Source: a virus
Virus genome (UHGV): UHGV-0314203
Reading direction: 5' to 3' (one strand)
Length of the DNA: 32,844 nt
In this document: piece after piece, positions 1 through 7,440 of the stretch
Numbering within the stretch: the stretch's first letter is position 1
Layout: every line of letters begins with the position of its first letter
Position numbers and translations under genes: made by a program
Notes under the pieces: generated by a model
The model's database searches: none
What the model was told of the DNA's origin: nothing
What the model saw: the letters and a program-made list of their open reading frames with translations, nothing else

Positions 1-126
1 TTTGAACCCGGAACCGCCCGCGCGCTTGATGCGTTTATTGAGGGGATGACGCTGCATTTTGTCACCGACCGTAAGCCGCTATCGCGCGAGGAGATTTTGA
101 GGATGGTTGAGAGGGTTGCAGGGTAG
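1..126 (+). CDS. 3' end of a flanking (probably host) gene, partial; product unknown
   Basis: Open frame from the window edge to TAG at 124-126 (…[15 protein letters not shown]); not in the ORF track because it lacks a start in the window; followed by an imperfect hairpin at about 150-172. Confidence 0.4.
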
Positions 127-175
127 TAGATAAATTTTAGATAACAAAAAACCCATTTATGTAAACGGGTTAATG

Positions 176-207
176 AAAACAATAAGTTATAGTAAAAACA
201 ATAAGTT
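176..207. repeat. 13-bp direct repeat aaaacaataagtt x2 (176-188 and 195-207) in the AT-rich junction next to int
   Basis: Read directly in the sequence; position is consistent with integrase arm or IHF-type sites near attL, but that is inference. Confidence 0.35.
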
Positions 208-276
208 GGGTTGGTGGTCAGTGGTGGTTATTACGGGGTAATGCCAACCGCTGCCGCCACTTTGTCGCCACTTGTT

Positions 277-546
277 TTACCTTAGACGCCATGGGCCTTT
301 TTCTTCAACCTGCTCGACTAAACCTTCGTCTTCTAGTTCACGCAATAACGCAACAACCCAATATTGTTGGTTCGAACTTGTTGCTTTTCGTTTTTCTCCC
401 CAATCTAGGCCACTAAGGCGAAATACTTCAGCTTGTTTAACCCCTTTACCGTTTTTTTGACCATCTGGGTGAGTTCTGAGTACGGATAAAGCCAATTCTT
501 TGGCTTTGTTGCGTAGCTCAGCTCCCTGATGCTGTAACTCATTCAT
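277..546 (-). CDS. small hypothetical protein (89 aa), possibly winged-helix-like
   Basis: ORF-track frame 277-600; internal ATG at 546 has a GGAG 8 nt upstream (MNELQHQGAELRNK…); co-directional with and downstream of int; function not recognised. Confidence 0.4.
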   Translation of the reverse strand: MNELQHQGAELRNKAKELALSVLRTHPDGQKNGKGVKQAEVFRLSGLDWGEKRKATSSNQQYWVVALLRELEDEGLVEQVEEKGPWRLR

Positions 547-606
547 TGGTCGTGCTCCATGTGAAAGAAAAAAGAATATTAGCTCAATAGGGCAGAACAC
601 GCATTT

Positions 607-1638
607 TCAAACAGTTGCTGTTGATGTTGGTAGTGTTGCCAGCGGATTAAACCGTAATGCAGTTTCCAGGTGATCCGGTGCCAGATGTGCGTAACGCATG
701 GTCATTTTTATGTCGTGATGTCCGAGGATTTTTTGCAAAGCAAGGATGTTTCCACCCGACATCATGAAGTGCGCCGCAAACGTATGGCGCAGAACGTGTG
801 TCAGTTGACCGCGAGGGAGCACGATAGACGTTTTTTCCATCACGGATAAAAATTGAAAATAGCAGTCTGTGAAGAAATTGAACCCATCAAGCGCCATAAT
901 CTCTTCATAAAGCTCTTTACTGATAGGGATGCTTCTGTTTTTCTTCCCCTTCGTTCTTACAAAGGTAATTCGGTATTTGGTCACCTGTGATCGGGTAAGG
1001 TTTATTGCTTCTCGCCAGCGTGCGCCTGTGCTTAAGCATATCTTGACTACCAGTGCCAGAATTGGGTCCTGACGTTTGCAATCAGCCAGCAGTTCAACAA
1101 TCTGCTCATGGGTAAGCCATGCCATCTCTTTTTCTGCGATGGTGAATTTTCGCATATTCTCCAGTGGGTTCGGATACGACCATTCGCCCAGGCGGGATAG
1201 TTCGCTAAAAACACTACTAAGATAGCTTTGCTCCAGGTTAATGGTGACCGGGCTGGCTCCTTTCTTCCATTTCTCGCTGAAGTAGATCTCACCTGTCAGG
1301 CGTTTATCTCGATAGTGAGCAAACATTTTAGATGTGAGATCGGTTGCAAGGGGATTGCCCAGGGCGTCAACCATCAGCAGCAATTTGTCATAGACATGCC
1401 GCCCAGCAGTCAGAGATTTACCATGTAGTTTGAACCATAGCTCAACCACGTCTTTCAGCGTTCGACGATCCACTGATTCGCCTAGCCAGGGCTTCGCTTC
1501 GGTTTCTTCCATCGTGTGACGCTCAAAAGCCAGAGCCTCGCCTTTGGTGGCGAATTGTTTACGCACACGACGCCCACTACGTCCGGCGGGATAACATTCG
1601 CAAAGCCATTTTCCTGTGGTGAGTTTTCGTACTGCCAT
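607..1638 (-). CDS. int: tyrosine recombinase / integrase, P2-186 type
   Basis: 343 aa; N-terminus MAVRKLTTGKW… and C-terminal LGHHDIKMTMRYAHL (H-x-x-R…Y catalytic region) typical of P2-family Int; sits at the prophage edge. Confidence 0.9.
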   Translation of the reverse strand: MAVRKLTTGKWLCECYPAGRSGRRVRKQFATKGEALAFERHTMEETEAKPWLGESVDRRTLKDVVELWFKLHGKSLTAGRHVYDKLLLMVDALGNPLATDLTSKMFAHYRDKRLTGEIYFSEKWKKGASPVTINLEQSYLSSVFSELSRLGEWSYPNPLENMRKFTIAEKEMAWLTHEQIVELLADCKRQDPILALVVKICLSTGARWREAINLTRSQVTKYRITFVRTKGKKNRSIPISKELYEEIMALDGFNFFTDCYFQFLSVMEKTSIVLPRGQLTHVLRHTFAAHFMMSGGNILALQKILGHHDIKMTMRYAHLAPDHLETALRFNPLATLPTSTATV

Positions 1639-1663
1639 AAAAAAGCCCTCATATCAGAGGGCT
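1639..1663 (-). terminator. rho-independent terminator-like hairpin (stem gccctc/gagggc, loop atatca) followed by T6 on the minus strand, abutting the int start codon
   Basis: Read in sequence; on the minus strand the T-run runs straight into the int ATG and the only SD-like GAGGG lies in the 3' stem arm. Confidence 0.5.
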
Positions 1664-1718
1664 AAATTTAACTGTATGTTTGACCAGTGGTCAATGTATG
1701 GTTTGTGAAATCCATACA

Positions 1719-2249
1719 TTACCTTAATTTATCAAGCTCTCGTTTATTTCTTTTATCATGTATATCATTAAGAAATAATATATTACTAGCAATGATACTA
1801 AATAACGCTATTATTTGTAGATATACTAATAACGCTGTGATAAAAAATCCAAACTTGCAGAACATGTGCTTATGCAAGGAAATGAAATCCAGATTTGAAA
1901 ATATAGGTTTCGTTAAATTTATTATAACAATAGAAAATATTACAATAGCTGAAATTATAATGGTTTTCACTATCAGCGTAATTCGCTCAATATCTTTTTC
2001 TGTTTCCTTATGATAGTTTATACTAGTTATTGTTGATGGCTTTACAATTGAACTTACAGCTGCAGGGTAAATATATGCAAGCCAAATACCTGCAATAGTG
2101 AAGATCATTGCAGAAATGTTTTGCAAGGTAGATAAAATATCTTTTATATCTGCATACGTATATTTGTCTCCGAACAAATAAGCAATAGCTATAATTGTTA
2201 GGAGAAAACATATGTGCAAAATTTTAGGTTTTATAATCATACTATGCAC
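1719..2249 (-). CDS. small integral membrane protein, about 4 predicted TM helices (cassette A, gene 2)
   Basis: 176 aa with four long hydrophobic segments (e.g. ILHICFLLTIIAIAYLF, FGFFITALLVYLQIIALFSIIASNILFL); very AT-rich; overlaps the upstream gene by 8 nt. Confidence 0.7.
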   Translation of the reverse strand: MHSMIIKPKILHICFLLTIIAIAYLFGDKYTYADIKDILSTLQNISAMIFTIAGIWLAYIYPAAVSSIVKPSTITSINYHKETEKDIERITLIVKTIIISAIVIFSIVIINLTKPIFSNLDFISLHKHMFCKFGFFITALLVYLQIIALFSIIASNILFLNDIHDKRNKRELDKLR

Positions 2250-3444
2250 CTATTTTATGAATCTGCACTGCTGTATCATTATCAGCTTCTGGTTGTTCTA
2301 TTATATCTTCATTTTTAAAACAATTCACCAAATCATTTCTATGAGCTTTTACTACACTCATTAAATATGAAGAAGAGTAATGTTTGTTTCTGTTAGAAAG
2401 GTCAACGTGAATTTCATGGCGATAAACATATTCATCTAACCAAGTAGTTGAACCATTTTTCCCATTTATTTTGAATCCGATGCGTGCGTGATCATTCCCT
2501 ACATTCTCATTGTTATTTTCTGTACCTTCTGAAATAGGATTATGGTTTTCTATATATTCATCGATGAGTTTAGTGAACTCTTCAGGCGTAGGCGTTCCTT
2601 CGACTAATAATTCAACGCGATGTTTTTTTGATAAAATAGGAGAGCTTCTTGAGAAAACATCTCCAACTGCATCAAATAACTTCTGCCATTTTTCCCGTGT
2701 ATCAGGTATGTTTGTTTCTATTACGTCATGGTAAACAATGTGAGTGATTTTTTTACACAGTTCTTCTATGTTTGCTCCACTCGTGATCATCCTTGTTTGT
2801 TTAGTCTGTACTTTAAAAACTAAACTTTCATCATCACCTTGAGAAAAAAGAACACGTTTGTAATGAACGTCTTCAGGTGAGTCATTACGAGGGCGAGTCA
2901 TATCTATGACTTTTTTATTAGGATGCTCCATCCTAAAGTCAACGTATGCTTTAATATAATGACAGAAAAGATCTGTATCCGTATTAGAACTTGGGAATCG
3001 TATGGATGCAATTTTGTTATACTCTGGAATTACCCAATAGTAGCAAGGTACGCCCCAGATATATTTACCGCCACCTTGAGTATCAGAGGCGGATACAACA
3101 TTATCTGAAGTGCCGTCAATCTTACTTTCAGCATCTATACCTTGAATATTTCCAGAGTTATCACCAAGCGTTTTCCAGATAACAAATAGATAATCTCCTG
3201 TCGTACTGTCATATGAAATATTTTTACAGTATGCTTTTGTTCTTCTATTATTATCCTTTCCCCATGGAACAGATTGTTCAACTGTTCTTGAACAGATCCA
3301 GCTATATAAGTTACACAGAACATGGGATAAGTTCTTTTCGACTAATTCCGGCGATTTGCCTTGTCGTATTTTATAAAGGCCAAACATTTCTAAATCAAAA
3401 AATGTTATAATGCCGCGTTCAGTTTTAAAGTTGGTTTTACTCAT
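2242..3444 (-). CDS. hypothetical 400-aa protein, no recognisable catalytic motif (cassette A, gene 1)
   Basis: Long ORF in AT-rich DNA, same strand as cI and int, 80 bp downstream of the cI stop; Asn/Asp/Lys-rich composition unlike the phage backbone. Confidence 0.7.
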   Translation of the reverse strand: MSKTNFKTERGIITFFDLEMFGLYKIRQGKSPELVEKNLSHVLCNLYSWICSRTVEQSVPWGKDNNRRTKAYCKNISYDSTTGDYLFVIWKTLGDNSGNIQGIDAESKIDGTSDNVVSASDTQGGGKYIWGVPCYYWVIPEYNKIASIRFPSSNTDTDLFCHYIKAYVDFRMEHPNKKVIDMTRPRNDSPEDVHYKRVLFSQGDDESLVFKVQTKQTRMITSGANIEELCKKITHIVYHDVIETNIPDTREKWQKLFDAVGDVFSRSSPILSKKHRVELLVEGTPTPEEFTKLIDEYIENHNPISEGTENNNENVGNDHARIGFKINGKNGSTTWLDEYVYRHEIHVDLSNRNKHYSSSYLMSVVKAHRNDLVNCFKNEDIIEQPEADNDTAVQIHKIGA

Positions 3445-3524
3445 TGTTATTGCTTCTCTTCACCTTTTAAATCTTTCGCTTAATATAATCACTTCTATTA
3501 GAATGACATTTGTTGAATGTCACT

Positions 3525-4406
3525 TTAATTCGAAATGATTGTGCTTCTTATGCATGCAACTACCTCGATATCAGAAAATGCACATTCAAAGTAAGTTTCT
3601 TTACTTCTGATATTTATCATACCTTTAGGTAGCCTAGTAATTTGTCTGACGGAATAGGTTCCATCAATATTAATTAACCAGTATCCATCTAATACATCAG
3701 AAAATTTCTGATCACAGATGTATGCCACTAAACCATCCTGAACGACAATTGGTGCTGAAAGATTAGCGGGTAAAAATGACGAATCGAAAATATATGAGCC
3801 ACTCTCAACCATTTTACCTGCATTGAGATGAAATTTAGGCAGTTCTTTTACCGATGTTGTGAGAGCATTGTGCTCGCTGCCTTGTCCAGTGGCTAGCCAT
3901 AAAAGAGAATTTCCTGTTTCCAACGAACATTTTATGATCCAATCAGCCGGGAATGTGTCTCGCAAATATCTATTTGCCATAGTGCTTTTAGATACATTCA
4001 GATGGTCGGCAAGTTCCTGTCTTGTTTTAAAGCCATACGCTTTCATTAGCCTGTCTATTGCATCACGTCCGCCTGAGTCCAAATTCAGATCGTTCCCAAT
4101 TGGGGACTTCAGGGTGGTGGCTTGGGAAGCGTGCTGAACCTTTGATGCAGTTGCCTTTGACATAACCGGAGCCTCAGTACTCTGAGGGAATGGTACGCCT
4201 TTTCCGAATGAGAGCCACTCGATAGATGCACCCGTTTCAATTGCACACTGAATTACCCAGTCAGCAGGAAATACGTCACGCATCCAGCGCGTGCCCATAG
4301 TGCTTGCAGATACGTTGAACTGTTCGCACAGAGCTTGCCTTGTCTTGAATCCATACGCTTCAAGCATGCGCGTTATGACTGCTTGTCCTCCGTTTTTGAA
4401 ATTCAT
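3525..4406 (-). CDS. cI: phage 186 CI-type immunity repressor with a tandemly duplicated N-terminal HTH domain
   Basis: 293 aa; two copies of an about 60-aa unit (…MLEAYGFKTRQALCEQFNVSASTMGTRWMRDVFPADWVIQCAIETGASIEWL… and …LMKAYGFKTRQELADHLNVSKSTMANRYLRDTFPADWIIKCSLETGNSLLWL…) plus a C-terminal domain; divergent from the early operon. Confidence 0.75.
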   Translation of the reverse strand: MNFKNGGQAVITRMLEAYGFKTRQALCEQFNVSASTMGTRWMRDVFPADWVIQCAIETGASIEWLSFGKGVPFPQSTEAPVMSKATASKVQHASQATTLKSPIGNDLNLDSGGRDAIDRLMKAYGFKTRQELADHLNVSKSTMANRYLRDTFPADWIIKCSLETGNSLLWLATGQGSEHNALTTSVKELPKFHLNAGKMVESGSYIFDSSFLPANLSAPIVVQDGLVAYICDQKFSDVLDGYWLINIDGTYSVRQITRLPKGMINIRSKETYFECAFSDIEVVACIRSTIISN

Positions 4407-4432
4407 TTATTACGCCTTTGAGTAATTTTTGG

Positions 4433-4461
4433 TTGACACTTCTCAAATGAAGAATTAGTGT
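4433..4461 (+). promoter_or_regulatory. sigma70-like early lytic promoter: TTGACA (4433-4438), 17-nt spacer, TAGTGT (4456-4461)
   Basis: Consensus -35 with a plausible -10, in the cI/early divergent intergenic region, oriented toward the Apl/Cox-like gene. Confidence 0.45.
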
Positions 4462-4530
4462 GTGCGAAAGTGAACTGAACAGGATTAATCACCAGTTACC
4501 ACACATCTTGTTAAACGAGGAATCTTGCAT

Positions 4531-4753
4531 CATGGCTCCACATATTTCAATCACCTTAGCTGTCCCATCTGTTTCTATTGAGAAATACAGTGAACTGACT
4601 GGGTTATCTATCGATACTATCAATGACATGCTGGCTGATGGACGCCTTATTCGCCATCGTCTCCGTAAAGATAAAAAGCGAGAAAAGGTAATGATCAATA
4701 TCGCAGCAATGACCGTTGATGCGCTCTCTGAATGCAATTTGAGTATTAACTAG
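4531..4753 (+). CDS. small Apl/Cox-like excisionase-regulator candidate
   Basis: 74 aa from ATG 4531 with GAGGA 10 nt upstream; first gene of the rightward operon, divergent from cI, as for 186 apl / P2 cox; sequence-level assignment is weak. Confidence 0.45.
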
Positions 4754-4785
4754 TTCCATTTTGGGATACATCAGGGGTGTCGACT

Positions 4786-5295
4786 ATGTTTGATTACCAA
4801 GTTTCCAAACATCCACATTTTGATGAAGCCTGTCGAGTATTCGCACTGCGCCACAACCTGGTGCAACTGGCAGAACGTGCAGGCATGAATGTGCAGATTC
4901 TGCGGAACAAGCTGAACCCAGCTCAACCTCATTTATTAACCGCACCAGAAATCTGGCTGCTTACCGATCTGACTGAAGATTCAACGCTTGTAGACGGTTT
5001 TCTGGCACAGATTCATTGTCTGCCATGTGTACCGATTAATGAGGTGGCAAAAGAGAAACTGCCACATTACGTCATGAGTGCAACCGCAGAGATCGGGCGT
5101 GTTGCTGCAGGTGCGGTATCTGGCGATGTAAAAACCAGTGCAGGTCGTCGTGATGCCATCAGCAGCATTAACTCTGTAACACGACTGATGGCGTTGGCTG
5201 CTGTTTCATTGCAGGCCCGTTTACAGGCTAACCCTGCGATGGCGAGTGCAGTTGATACCGTGACTGGCCTCGGTGCTTCATTCGGTTTGCTGTGA
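4786..5295 (+). CDS. cII: phage 186 CII-like regulatory protein
   Basis: About 169 aa from ATG 4786 ([24 protein letters not shown]…); size and N-terminus match my recollection of 186 CII; position after the apl-like gene. Confidence 0.65.
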   Translation: MFDYQVSKHPHFDEACRVFALRHNLVQLAERAGMNVQILRNKLNPAQPHLLTAPEIWLLTDLTEDSTLVDGFLAQIHCLPCVPINEVAKEKLPHYVMSATAEIGRVAAGAVSGDVKTSAGRRDAISSINSVTRLMALAAVSLQARLQANPAMASAVDTVTGLGASFGLL

Positions 5296-5302
5296 GGTGC
5301 TT

Positions 5303-5599
5303 ATGCTGACGAAAGAACCATCATTTGCATCGCTGCTGGTAAAACAAAGCCCGGCAATGCACTACGGTCACGGCTGGATCACGGGTGAGGATGGAAAACG
5401 CTGGCATCCATGTCATTCACAAGATGAATTGCTGTCTGAATTGACCACGAGGAAACGGAGAAAGTCCAAATGTATGCGGCAGAAAGTGAAGTGGTTTATC
5501 AGTTTCGTTACAGAGGGGAGAGTTATTCAGTACCTGAAGATGATTTGCTCTGTTGCTATCCGTCATTGTCGGGCGATGGCAGTTACTTTTTCACGTTAA
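5303..5599 (+). CDS. hypothetical small protein; 3' extent uncertain, overlaps the next ORF in another frame
   Basis: ATG 5303 within ORF-track frame 5273-5599; the C-terminal third is low-complexity and may not be translated. Confidence 0.3.
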   Translation: MLTKEPSFASLLVKQSPAMHYGHGWITGEDGKRWHPCHSQDELLSELTTRKRRKSKCMRQKVKWFISFVTEGRVIQYLKMICSVAIRHCRAMAVTFSR

Positions 5600-5694
5600 A
5601 GGATGGGACGTTTTTACGGGGAGAGCAGGTTAAAGAGACGATACGAAAAAATGTATCTCCTCTTGAGCGTTACCGTAAGAACAAAGAACGATAG
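5470..5694 (+). CDS. hypothetical small protein (74 aa)
   Basis: ATG 5470 with GGAG about 10 nt upstream; protein-like composition (MYAAESEVVYQFRYRGESY…). Confidence 0.45.
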   Translation: MYAAESEVVYQFRYRGESYSVPEDDLLCCYPSLSGDGSYFFTLKDGTFLRGEQVKETIRKNVSPLERYRKNKER

Positions 5695-5716
5695 CTGCGT
5701 TTGGGGGATATGAAGT

Positions 5717-6058
5717 ATGGCAATTAATGGCGCTGCAGCAACTGTTCCATTAAGCCCCGGTGAACGCCTGAATGGACTTAATCACATTGCGGAGTTAAGG
5801 GCGAAAGTTTTTGGCCTGAATATTGAGTCAGAGCTTGAGCGGTTTATTAAGGATATGCGTGATCCACGGGATATCAATAATGAAAAAAATAAACGGGCAC
5901 TGGCTGCAATATTCTTTATGGCAAAAATTCCAGCTGAACGTCATAGCATCAGCATTAATGAGCTGACCACTGACGAAAAGCGGGAGTTGATTAAAGCAAT
6001 GAATCATTTTCGTGCAGTGGTGAGCTTATTTCCCAGACGGCTAACCATGCCGAATTAA
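5717..6058 (+). CDS. hypothetical early-region protein (113 aa)
   Basis: ATG 5717 preceded by GGGGG; backbone-like GC content. Confidence 0.55.
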   Translation: MAINGAAATVPLSPGERLNGLNHIAELRAKVFGLNIESELERFIKDMRDPRDINNEKNKRALAAIFFMAKIPAERHSISINELTTDEKRELIKAMNHFRAVVSLFPRRLTMPN

Positions 6059-6125
6059 CCAACTAATGAAATTAATGGCGTAAACCCGCCGGGCATCCCT
6101 TTATCTAAATTCAGGAGAATTGATT

Positions 6126-6359
6126 ATGCGTAATATTGAAACCCTCACGACTAAAACCGAACCGGATGACGCAGGGCTTAATATTTTACTGACAGAGGTT
6201 CGTCTGGAAGAACGCCGGGCAAGGGCTGAGGCAATGGCTGCCCGCCTTGATAGTCTGGCGTGTCATATCACATCCCGCCAGCTAAACCACGTCGAAGCAG
6301 CAGAACTGCTGCGTGTGACCGCTGAAGCAATCCAGAACGAAGCGCAGGAGATCCACTAA
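6126..6359 (+). CDS. hypothetical early-region protein (77 aa)
   Basis: ATG 6126 with AGGAG 8 nt upstream; stop overlaps the next start (TAATG). Confidence 0.5.
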   Translation: MRNIETLTTKTEPDDAGLNILLTEVRLEERRARAEAMAARLDSLACHITSRQLNHVEAAELLRVTAEAIQNEAQEIH

Positions 6360-6586
6360 TGGCTGATGCAATGGATCTCGTACAGCAGCGCGTTGAAGAA
6401 AAACGCCAGCGCCACATCCGTGCTGCCCGTGCCAAAACGCCGGGCGTGTCCCGCGTGCTTTGCATTGAGTGTGAAGCGCCAATTCCACCAGCACGCCGCC
6501 GCGCCATTCCGGGAGTGCAGCTTTGCATTACCTGTCAGGAAATAGCAGAGCTGAAAGGTAAACATTACAACGGAGGTGCTGTATGA
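6359..6586 (+). CDS. TraR/DksA-family C4 zinc-finger protein
   Basis: 75 aa with CIECEAPIP…CITCQ (CxxC-N17-CxxC), as in phage/plasmid TraR-type proteins. Confidence 0.7.
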   Translation: MADAMDLVQQRVEEKRQRHIRAARAKTPGVSRVLCIECEAPIPPARRRAIPGVQLCITCQEIAELKGKHYNGGAV

Positions 6587-7440
6587 GCACCATCCTGAAA
6601 TGGGCGGGAAATAAAACCGCAATTATGTCCGAACTGAAAAAACACCTTCCTGCTGGCCCGCGACTGGTTGAACCTTTCGCGGGTTCCTGTGCAGTGATGA
6701 TGGAGACGGATTACCCCAGCTATCTGGTTGCGGATATTAATCCTGATTTAATCAACCTCTATAAAAAGGTTGCCGCTGATTGTGAATCGTTTATATCTCG
6801 CGCCAGAGTTTTATTTGAGAACGCAAGCAGGGAGATGGATTATTACAACATAAGGCAGGAGTTTAATTACTCAACTGAAATTACTGATTTCATGAAAGCG
6901 GTATATTTCCTGTATCTCAATCGTCACGGTTACCGTGGTTTATGTCGCTATAACAAGAGCGGGCATTTCAACATTCCCTACGGTAATTATAAAAATCCGT
7001 ATTTCCCTGAAAAAGAAATTCGCGAATTTGCAGAAAAAGCCCAGCGAGCAACGTTTATCTGCGCCAGCTTTGATGAAACGCTGGCGATGTTGAAGGCGGG
7101 GGATGTGGTGTATTGCGATCCGCCGTATGACGGCACGTTTTCCGGTTATCACACTGACGGCTTCACTGAAGATGACCAGTATCACCTGGCATCCGTTCTT
7201 GAACATCGGTCATCAGAAGGACATCCGGTCATTGTTTCTAACAGTGACACATCCCTGATCCGTTCGCTGTATCGCAATTTTATTCACCACTACATCAAGG
7301 CAAAACGCAGCATCGGTGTGGCAGCTGGCGAGGGTAAATCAGCAACAGAAATCATTGCTGTTTCCGGGCCGCGCTGCTGGGTGGGATTTGATTATTCGCG
7401 TGGCGTGGACAGTTCTGCCGTGTACGGAGTACGTGCATGA
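6583..7440 (+). CDS. dam: DNA adenine (N6) methyltransferase, Dam-like orphan methylase
   Basis: 285 aa; N-terminal LKWAGNK…FAGSCAV (AdoMet-binding) and catalytic DPPY (YCDPPYDG) motifs. Confidence 0.85.
   Translation: MSTILKWAGNKTAIMSELKKHLPAGPRLVEPFAGSCAVMMETDYPSYLVADINPDLINLYKKVAADCESFISRARVLFENASREMDYYNIRQEFNYSTEITDFMKAVYFLYLNRHGYRGLCRYNKSGHFNIPYGNYKNPYFPEKEIREFAEKAQRATFICASFDETLAMLKAGDVVYCDPPYDGTFSGYHTDGFTEDDQYHLASVLEHRSSEGHPVIVSNSDTSLIRSLYRNFIHHYIKAKRSIGVAAGEGKSATEIIAVSGPRCWVGFDYSRGVDSSAVYGVRA

Noticed and set aside
1687-2013. 108-aa plus-strand ORF overlapping the membrane-protein gene of cassette A
   Set aside because: AT-rich DNA yields long chance ORFs; the minus-strand frame gives a coherent 4-TM protein translationally coupled to its neighbour.
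3500-3524. Short inverted repeat (tgacatt…aatgtca) between cI and cassette A, considered as a terminator
   Set aside because: 7-bp stem, no T-run, and it lies within the 3' coding end and stop region of cI; too weak to call.
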